A stretch of DNA of 63,934 nucleotides, counting the filler, from Conidiobolus incongruus B7586 (taxonomy: Eukaryota): the NCBI GenBank assembly GCA_000697335.1. It is 13 parts of 13 records of this genome, joined end to end, with 100 filler letters (N's around TTAATTAATTAA, not from the genome) between each part and the next. Parts side by side here need not be neighbours in the genome. Positions count along the whole stretch, not along the records: positions 55,205 to 59,645 come from JNEM01007172.1; positions 59,746 to 60,988 come from JNEM01007173.1; positions 61,089 to 62,719 come from JNEM01007174.1; positions 62,820 to 63,934 come from JNEM01007181.1; 9 more parts are not named here. One strand, given 5' to 3'. Position 1 is the first letter of the stretch; every line of letters starts with the position of its first letter. A program made the position numbers and the translations under genes. Shown one piece after another: positions 55,205 through 63,934 of this stretch. The notes under the pieces are model-generated. The model saw only the letters and a list, made by a program, of their open reading frames with translations, made no database searches and was not told where the DNA came from.

Positions 55205-56611
55205 GGTTAATATATCAAAACTTAAAATTTAACCAAGATGAGTTATAAATTTATAATTTTATATATTAAAAGGGTATAAATAACAAAACTTATATATATC
55301 TTTTTTTTCTTTTATTTTATTATATATATTATATAAAATTAAGTTAATATTTTAAAATTAATATTATAATATTTAAATCTCTCTTTAAAAAGTTCACTTA
55401 GATATTAATCAACTTCTTAATAAACATAAATCAACTCATGAAATTATTAGAATTATTAGTGTTAACTAATTTATTATAGCTATGGTTATTAAAAATAATA
55501 TTAAAGAAACATCTAAACTAAAGCTTAAATATGTTAAAATTATAGATAAAGATGATAAGGAGAATATTTATAGATTAGTTAGTACAGGTAAGTATAAGAT
55601 TACTATAGAAGTATAACAAGAGTTATAAGACTATATAAGAATATTAGTTAATATTAATATTATTATATATATTTTATATTAAAATAAATACCACTTATAT
55701 CTTAAAAAAAACACCCTCAATAAAAAAAGTTTTATTATAAAGCTAAATTAGAGTTTAAATATCAATATTCAAGTTAAATAAAAATTAAGTAAAGTAAAGT
55801 TATTTAGTTTTATTAAATAAAGATATATTTTAATAAATTTAATAAAAAAGTTATATATTTTAAAAAAAAATAAAAAATTACTTTATGACCATTATGTTAT
55901 TATAACTTAAAAATATAATACTAGGTTAATTATAGTTTAAGAATATATATTATCTTTAAATATAAGGTATTTTTATAAAGTTGATAAGGAAATTGATATT
56001 GAGATATATTAAAATATTTTAAATAATAAATTAAAAAATATTGAGTGCTATAAGTTAGATAAATCAAATATTATTTTCTAATAAGTTAATACCTTTTGTT
56101 ATATTATAAATTCTATTAATAAATGGTTTAAAAATAATAGAATAGTTATTATAAAATAACTTCCTTAATTTTTTAATTTTAACCTAATTAAATATTTTTG
56201 GGATCAATTAAAAAAATTAATTAAAGCTTTACCCCTAATAAAAAATTTAAATTAATTTTAAGAGTATATTCAAGAAAATTAAAATAATATAAGTTTTATT
56301 TAATATAAAAAGCTAACTGACTCTATTCCCTATAAATTTTAAGAAATTAGAAAAACAAAAAATAAATATCCTAAATATTAATTTTTCTATCAATATTAAA
56401 ATTTATAAGTTTAAAACTCAATTTAATTATACTTTTAGTCTTAATATATCAATTAATAATTAATTAAATTTATCTTTATAAATTGTATTATAAATAAAAA
56501 ATATATATTAATTACATAGTTTAATATAAGTTTATTTAAATTAGAATTAATTAAGATATTAATAAAAATATTTATATTTTTAATTTTATGACTCATTATT
56601 GCAGGCTAGTA
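55205..56611 (+). mobile_element. Tc1-like transposon, second subfamily; left end in gap
   Basis: Inner DR AAGATGAGTTATAAATTT, degenerate transposase, right TIR TTATGACTCATTATTGCAGGCTAGTA then TA. Confidence 0.88.
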
Positions 56612-56613
56612 TA

Positions 56614-59105
56614 TATTCAATTTTAATTATTTAATTAAAATATTTTGACTTTAAAATTTATAATTAAATTTAACTATATTTAAACTAAATAATGATTATT
56701 AAAAGGCTTTTATTTTTATATCTTTAAAACTTAAATATATATCTTTTGAATTAATCTAAAACTTATAAATAACTTATTAGGATTGTGATTTAACTAAAAA
56801 AAAGCATATATTATTAGATTTGGGATTTTAAAGCTAAAAAATATATTATTTAAAATTTATTATAGCCAAAAAGATTATTTTTTATTATTACTTTTTTATT
56901 TACTAATAAAATAAAAAATGTATTAGAATATACTTTTTTATTTTAGCTAAAGAACCATCAAAATATTTTAATATTAATTATATAAATTTTACCATGGAAT
57001 TGGAGAAATGGGAAATTTTTTATTTCTGATTTTTTAAATATATTATTAATTTCAAATAAAAAAATATATATAAAACAAATAGGAAAATAAATCATTTTAA
57101 ATTATATATATATAATAACTTTTTTGATTAAAAAATAATTTTTTAAAATTAGTTGTTTAATTTAATCATGCTTAAACTAAATAGTAACCATCAAAAGTTT
57201 TTTATTTTAGTATTAATAAAACTTAACTATAAACCCTCTAAAATCATTCAAAATTTACAAGCAGCTTTTGGTAATAAAGTAATATCTAAATCAACAATTT
57301 ATTGCTAGGTAAATTATTTTAAGGTTAGGAGAGAAACTACCCAAAACTTGCTAAAATCTAAAAAACTAATTTCAACTATCACTCTTCTAATTATTGATAA
57401 AGTAAAAAAAACATATTAAAATGCACCCTTTTATTTCAGTTAGAGAATTATCAATATATTTTAATATTAGTTACATAAGTGTTTTGTATATATTAAAGTT
57501 TAAATTAAAATTAATTAATAAAAATGTAAAATAGATATCTTATAATTTAACTAAAGCTTAAAAAAAAAGCTAGAGTAGTTATTGCTAAACAAAACTTACT
57601 AAGGTATAACCAGAAACCAAGGCTTTTACACTAAATTATTACAATTGATGAATCTTAGTTTCCTTTGTATAATCCTTTAATAAAACATAAATCAAAGTGT
57701 TAGATTAAGTTAAATCAACCCCCTCCACAAATTTCTTTTAAATAAACACTTTGTTGATAAATAAATATTAATTATTGTAATGGATTATAATGGCATATGC
57801 TATTTTTATTTAGTTCTTAAAGGAAAATCAATTAATAGTAAACTTTATATTTCTTTTTTAAATAAATCTATTTCTAATTGGTATTCTTAATATAATTTGA
57901 GAGGACCTATTATTTTGCATAATAATTGCAAAATACATAAATCTAAAGTTGTAAAAAACTTTTTAATTAAAAATAACTGGAAAGAACTACCATATCTAAT
58001 ATATCCCTTAGATTATAACCTATGTAATTATAATTTTTTTAGGTAATTAAAAAACCAGCTTACAGGAAAGAAAATTTTTACAAGAAAATTTAATTAGTTT
58101 GTGAAATATCAAATTTCAGTCTTTAATAAAAAGAACTTTTTTTAGGTGTTAGATCTTTGCCAAAAGTATAGCAAAGAGTTATTAGAAATAAAAAAAAGTA
58201 TTATTTCTATAATATATATTTATTTTTACTTTTTATATATTAAAATGTTTATTTTTTTTCAATCACAAAAAATTCCCATTATTTAAATTACAAAGTAATA
58301 TATTATATTTATTTAAATTTAAATTTAAATAAATTAATAAAAATATCAAATATATACCCAATAATATAATAAAAGCCTAAAAGACAATTTAAATAATTAT
58401 AGCTTAATTAAGCTTATTAAAGTATAACTAAAAACAAAGGTTTTTATAATAGATACTTATAGTTAATAAATCTTAAATTCCTTTATATAATTTTATCTTA
58501 AAATTAAAACAAGATGTTAAGCTAAATTAATCCCCTTTATAAATTCCAATGAATAAGCATTTTAAATATAAATAAATATTAATAATTATAATGGATTGTA
58601 ATAATATATAGTGTTTTTATTTAAAATCTTAAAAATAATAAATTAATAAAAAATTATATATTATATATTTAAATATAACTTTTTAAGAATAGTGTTGTAA
58701 ATATAAATTAAAGATATTAACTATTTTAAATAATAATTATAATATATATAAAATGAAAAATATAAAAAAATTTATATATAAAAATAACTAGAAAGAATTA
58801 CCATATCTAATATACTCACCTAATTATAATTTATATAATTATAGCTGTTTTAGATAATTAAAAAATCAGCTTATAAAAATAATTTATGCAAATATATTAA
58901 AATAATTTATAAAATATTAAATTTTTGTTTTAAATAAAAAAACTATTTGTAAATTATTAAAAACTTACCAAAAGTATAGAAAAGAATTATTAATAATAAA
59001 AAAGGCTATTAATTTTATATTATTTATTAAATTTTATATATTATTTTTTAATTTATATATTTAGTTTTAATTTTTAAATAATACCATTATTTAATTTTTA
59101 TATAA
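56614..59105 (+). mobile_element. Old mariner host split by a younger mariner (pieces ~56614-56988 and 58299-59105)
   Basis: The two pieces join into sequence colinear with the inner element. N*KELPYLIYSPNYNLYNYSCF at ~58785-58850. Outer boundaries approximate. Confidence 0.7.
56989..58298 (+). mobile_element. Full-length (~1.3 kb) mariner, hypermutated
   Basis: Both TIRs present; IITIDES*, ILHNNCKIHKS and NWKELPYLIYPLDYNLCNY motifs. Confidence 0.92.
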
Positions 59106-59226
59106 TATTTATTTTGCTTTATTATAATTTTCAAAATGATATATTTAATTATAATAAAATTATAGATGTTTTGATAATTGAAAATATATTCAATCAATAT
59201 TATAATTGAAATAAAACTTAAAAAAA

Positions 59227-59645
59227 TATAACAGGGCAATGTATACAAGTTGTTTCAATGTGAACAGTGTGGGAAAAAGTCCTTGTTTATTTGGCAATGG
59301 TTCCCATTTTTATATGTAAAAGTTGGTGAGGGTTCAGAGGTAAAATTAGACAAGATAAGATCAAGTAGATAAAAGAGATAAGATAAGGTAAGCAGATATG
59401 ATTGACAGTGTCACGATGATGACAAAGTGATCTGATCTATGACACTCCCCTCAGATTGAGGTGTCCTTATTAGGAGACGCTCTAATCTTTGAATGCTTCT
59501 CAGCGTAGGCATGATAGGCATTGGTCTTTTTAACGCTATTATAGCGTTCCCAAGTAGCTTCATTTTTAGGGTATCCTTTCCATTGGACGAGGTATAGATC
59601 TTGGTTATAATAGCGTCTATGGCCGAGGATTTTATCGACGATGAA
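59227..59645 (-). mobile_element. 3' end of chromovirus family C: intact chromodomain frame (59451-59645), PPT, ~218-bp 3' LTR (59227-59444)
   Basis: Minus-strand translation FIVDKILGHRRYYNQDLYLVQWKGYPKNEATWERYNSVKKTNAYHAYAEKHSKIRASPNKDTSI*, then GAGGGGAG, then TGTCATAG. The rest of the element is in the gap. Confidence 0.92.
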
Positions 59646-59745
59646 NNNNNNNNNNNNNNNNNNNNNNNNNNNNNNNNNNNNNNNNNNNNTTAATTAATTA
59701 ANNNNNNNNNNNNNNNNNNNNNNNNNNNNNNNNNNNNNNNNNNNN

Positions 59746-60092
59746 TAAAAGTAGTGTGGCGCAGAACGTGGTAATATAACGTGGCTGTAGTGTGCAAGTG
59801 TAAACAAAGTTTAATTAAGCTTCGAACTAGGATGAGTCACCGATATATTAAGATTTATATTAGGTAGTGCCAATATCCTACAATATCGACAGAATATAAT
59901 CTCAATCTTAGAAATAGTGTAAAGGTAAAAATAGTAAGAATTGAGAGGAAAAAGAGGAACCTGGTTTATTAGATAATTTAATACTATTTATACAATTAAT
60001 TTAACTATATAAGTATAAATTAATCATATAATTTATAGTTAATTGGATTATATAAAGTGTATATAAGAATTTAGAGAACTAGTCTCTTAACA
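59746..60092 (-). repeat. Family A LTR, the least mutated copy in the window
   Basis: Minus strand starts TGTTAAGAGACTAGTTC; keeps several CpGs lost in the other three copies. Confidence 0.92.
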
Positions 60093-60848
60093 AATTAATT
60101 AAGTCTGTATTTTAATAGCTACTTAATTCAAAAAATAATAAATAAGAAAAGTGGTGGATAATTCATATTTATGTTAATATTTAATTATATTAAGTATTAT
60201 TGAATATAAATAAAAATAATATATATATTGTATTATTATATATAATAATTTAATTAAAAAATTCTTTAATATTAAATACCATTTAATTAAAAGTTTAATA
60301 TAATTTATTTAATTTAAAGATAATTAGACTTAATTCATTAATTTTCAAAAATTTAATTAAATATGAATTTTCTAATATTTTAATCTATAATTATATATTT
60401 TAAGAATTAAAATTGAGTTATAATCATAATATATCCTTTTGATATATTATATTAATTATTGATCTTTATTTCAATCTTGAAATTTATTCAATATTATTTG
60501 GAATTTTTAAAACTAAAGTTTTATATATTTGATAAAATAGATTTTAGGTTTAATATAAATATTTTTAATCTAATAATTATATAATTTGGAATTAAAAAAT
60601 TTGATATTATATCCAGACTTTTTTAATTATTTAATATTTATATAATTAATATCTTAATTTATATTAATAAAAATTATATATAAAGCTAATATTATAAAAT
60701 TTAAAGTATTTAACTAATTATGATAGGATAATAGTGATTTATTGAATTTTATAATAATTATTAAATAATAAAATAAAATATAAAATGAATTTAATTTAAC
60801 TACATCTATTATTTAAATAAAATAATTAGGTTATAAAAAACAAATATA

Positions 60849-60988
60849 TACTAGCTTATCAAAATAAGATATAAAATTAAAAATATTTATATTTTTATTA
60901 TTATCCAAATTTTTATTTAAATGAATTTATAATAGACTATATAAAAAATATTAATTTTTTATTTATGATATAATATATAAAATTAATA
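60849..60988. mobile_element. Tc1-related terminal fragment
   Basis: TACTAGCTTATCAAAATAAGATATAAAATT TIR variant running into a gap. Confidence 0.55.
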
Positions 60989-61088
60989 NNNNNNNNNNNN
61001 NNNNNNNNNNNNNNNNNNNNNNNNNNNNNNNNTTAATTAATTAANNNNNNNNNNNNNNNNNNNNNNNNNNNNNNNNNNNNNNNNNNNN

Positions 61089-62584
61089 TAAACCTAAATT
61101 AAATAATTAAAATCTATTATATTTATTAGTTATATATATCATTAAATAATGATATTTAGCTATTAATTGGTTAAAATATAAACCCTTAAATTTTACCTAA
61201 GGTGAGTTATAAATTTGTGGGTTTTTGGTGATAAAAAAAAATTAAAACCTAGTGTATCCACCTTTAGCTTTTCTAACTTCTTTAAGTTTGTGGGGTATAG
61301 AATCAACTAACTTCTTACACTAGGAATAGTTAATCTTGTTCTATGCTTCTTGAACATATTTTTAAAGTTGATCTAAATTTTTTGCTAGGGGGAAAGCTTT
61401 AATAGCTTTTTTTAACTAATCCCAAAGGTGTTCAATTAAATTAAAGTTAGGAGATTAAAGAAGCCACTTTATAACTATTATCTTATTATTTTTAAGCTAT
61501 TTGGTAGTAGAAGTTGTAGTATAGCAAGAGGCATTATCTTGCTAGAAAATAATATCAGATTTATTTAACCTATACTATTCAATGGTTTTTTTCAATTTAT
61601 TATTTAGAATACTTTAGTATATCTCAGTATTAATTCCCCTATTAACTTTATAAAGATACCCTACACCTAAAGACAATATATATCCCTAAACAATAATTAA
61701 CCCATCACTATACTTTTAGGTAGAATTAACATGATGGTTACAAAGTAGTTTTGCATTTTTTCTGAAGCATCTAGCTTTTTTATCAGATCTACTAAAGTAT
61801 ATTTTTGTTTTATTAAACTAAATAACCTTACTCTAATTAGTTTTAGTTTAACTTTAGTGGTGACATTTAAACTCTTACCTAGCTTTACAATAAGATTTCT
61901 TTAGTTGGGGGTGTTTTTTCTTAAAGTGTAAGTGGTATCCATGCTAATGTAAAGCACATATAATAGTATTAGTGCTAACTAATATTCCTATATAGTTTTA
62001 TAGTTCTTGCTGTATTTCTACAGTAGTACCATATTTGCTTGTACTAACCAACCTACAAATATACTTCTCATCATGTTTATCTATAATCCTAGCACACTTA
62101 AGTTTAGGTTTAAATGTTTCTTTATTGCTATTCTTAACAACCTTAGTTATAGTAGACTAACTAACATTAGTAATTCTAGTAATATCATGAGTTGATTTAC
62201 CTACTTTATAAAGTTGATTAATGTGCAAGTGGATTTTTTTAGAGAGGGATTTAGGTATAATAATTCTAATAAAAAGAATTTAGTATATCTATAAAATATT
62301 ATATAAAATAATAACAAAGAGAGAAAAAAGATATGGTTATATATTATTAAATATATCCCCTTATCTCAAAAACCCACAAATTTATAACTCACCTTGGTTA
62401 AATATTAAGGGTTAATATTTTTGCTAATAGTTTACTAAATATATCTAAATATATTTATCTATTATTAAATAATATACCTTAATTATATATTATAGTTTTA
62501 AGTAATCTAATATATACAATTGTTTTAGTTATTAATTAAAATATATATATTTTTGATTTTATAACTTACTTTTGCAGGTTAGTG
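61089..62584 (-). mobile_element. Tc1-like transposon (best-preserved copy), inserted at a TA inside another Tc1 remnant (62587-62719)
   Basis: TIR TA|CACTAACCTGCAAAAGTAAGTTATAAAATC; inner DRs at ~61199-61226 and ~62368-62395. Confidence 0.95.
61242..62258 (-). pseudogene. Tc1 DD34E transposase, 339 codons, no frameshift, many TAA/TAG stops, start ATG mutated to ATA
   Basis: *SKVI*FNKTK (WSDETK-like), F*QDNASC, SPNFNLIEHLWD, KAKGGYTRF*; 34 residues between D and E. Confidence 0.93.
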
Positions 62585-62819
62585 TATAAGAATATTAATC
62601 ATTATTAATATTATTAAATATATTTTATATTATAATAAATATTGTTTATATTTTAAAAAAACACCTTCAATTAAAAAAGTTTTATTATAAAGTTAAGTAA
62701 AATTTTAAATATTATAATTNNNNNNNNNNNNNNNNNNNNNNNNNNNNNNNNNNNNNNNNNNNNTTAATTAATTAANNNNNNNNNNNNNNNNNNNNNNNNN
62801 NNNNNNNNNNNNNNNNNNN

Positions 62820-63934
62820 TATTTCAATTCAGCTGGTTTCATTTTTCTTAACCAGAATATTATTGGTTTTAAAGTAACATTTGTAGGGTTAAACTTAACC
62901 TATTCTCCCCTATTTATTATTTTATCCTATAGTTGTGGGGTAAAATATAAATTAAATTCAAACTAGGCTAACCATCCACCAATTGCAAAAAAACTAGAGT
63001 TAGTAAAAATAATAGTAGGTAGTTTTAGATTAAAGATAGATAAAGCAAAAGCATTGGTAATATAGAAAATCAAAGCATTTATGCAGAAAGTGTATAGTGG
63101 GGTCTATTCAAAAAGAGAGTTTTTCTTCAAGAGATTAGTAAGAAGAACAGCAAGTTCAGCAAAAGAATCAATGAAATCTTTAAAGTAATTCAATAATCCA
63201 AGTATAAACATAAGCTGATTTTTGTTTATAGGTATAGTAAGGGCTCTAACACCATTGAGTTTAGTTGGATCAATACTAATTCTTTAAGAGGAAACAATAT
63301 AACCACAGAAAAAGATAGAAGAGGCACTAAAGATACATTTTGATAGTTTCAAGGGTAATTTATGTTCTTGAATAATTTGTAAAACCTAATTAACATGTTG
63401 AATATATTCTTCTTTAGTTTTTAAATGGATCAAGATATTATCAAGGTAGGTGATAGCAAAGTTATTAAAAACAGGGTTGAAAAGGGAATTGATGAATTAA
63501 GTGAAAGTTACAAGAACATTACACAATCTAAAGTTTATAACAGTAAATTTATAGTGGCCTAAAGGAGTGTTGAAAGTAGTTAAAGGGATAGAGTTTTCTT
63601 CAACTTTAATGTTGTAATATCTATTCTTAACATCTAATTTGGTAAATATAGTTGATCTAAGTAGTTTATCCCTAACATCATGTAGGTTTAGTAATAGGGT
63701 TTTATCCTTGATAGTTTTAGAGTTTAAAACACAGTTATCAATATATAGTCTCTAACCACCATTAGCCTTTTGTACAAAGAGGATTGGAGATCTTTATAAT
63801 GAGGAAAAAGGTCTAATGTACCTATTTTCAAGTAGTTTTTAGATTTCTTCTTTTAAGGTTTGGTATTGTTTAAGAGATAAATGGTAAGTAGGCTTTAAGT
63901 ATAGTTGTGTACCAGGGATTAATTTAATTTTGTG
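62820..63934 (-). mobile_element. Family A copy 3, RT/RNase H segment, less mutated
   Basis: Reverse complement is colinear with ~6830-7940 (YLDNIL, FFAIGGWLA*, FWLRKMKPAELK). Confidence 0.93.

Noticed and set aside
59746..63934. LTR at 59746-60092 as the 3' LTR of copy 3 (62820-63934)
   Set aside because: No PPT or chromodomain sequence adjoins 60092, so it is a 5' or solo LTR. It also does not match the family C LTR across the gap.
1..63934. CRISPR arrays, rRNA or prokaryotic operons
   Set aside because: None seen; genes are spliced and eukaryotic, and the repeats are transposon-derived.

Overview
AT-rich eukaryotic scaffold. It looks like an early-diverging fungus (about 50-bp GT-AG introns, fungal-type proteins); Entomophthoromycotina/Conidiobolus-like is an inference only. 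There are 12 artificial N44-TTAATTAATTAA-N44 gap spacers. Two transposon graveyards (~3.4-32.4 kb and ~55.2-63.9 kb) hold nested chromodomain Ty3/Gypsy elements (three families), IR/DR-type Tc1 (DD34E) elements and mariner (DD34D) elements. Almost all are inactivated by dense C>T/G>A transitions with reading frames kept, i.e. RIP-like hypermutation. An OTU deubiquitinase gene lies left of the first graveyard. The gene island between the graveyards has a Q/N/P/G-rich DM9-repeat protein, tRNA-Lys(UUU), proteasome alpha1, glucosidase II beta (ending DDEL), two decaying ADP/ATP carrier copies and OAC1. Best leads: (1) repeat-confined CpA/CpG-biased hypermutation that seems to spare short or diverged repeats; (2) a solo LTR with a perfect 5-bp TSD 10 bp upstream of a tRNA gene, suggesting Ty3-like Pol III targeting; (3) an unmutated chromovirus end inside the graveyard. 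All alignments, translations and counts were done by eye.
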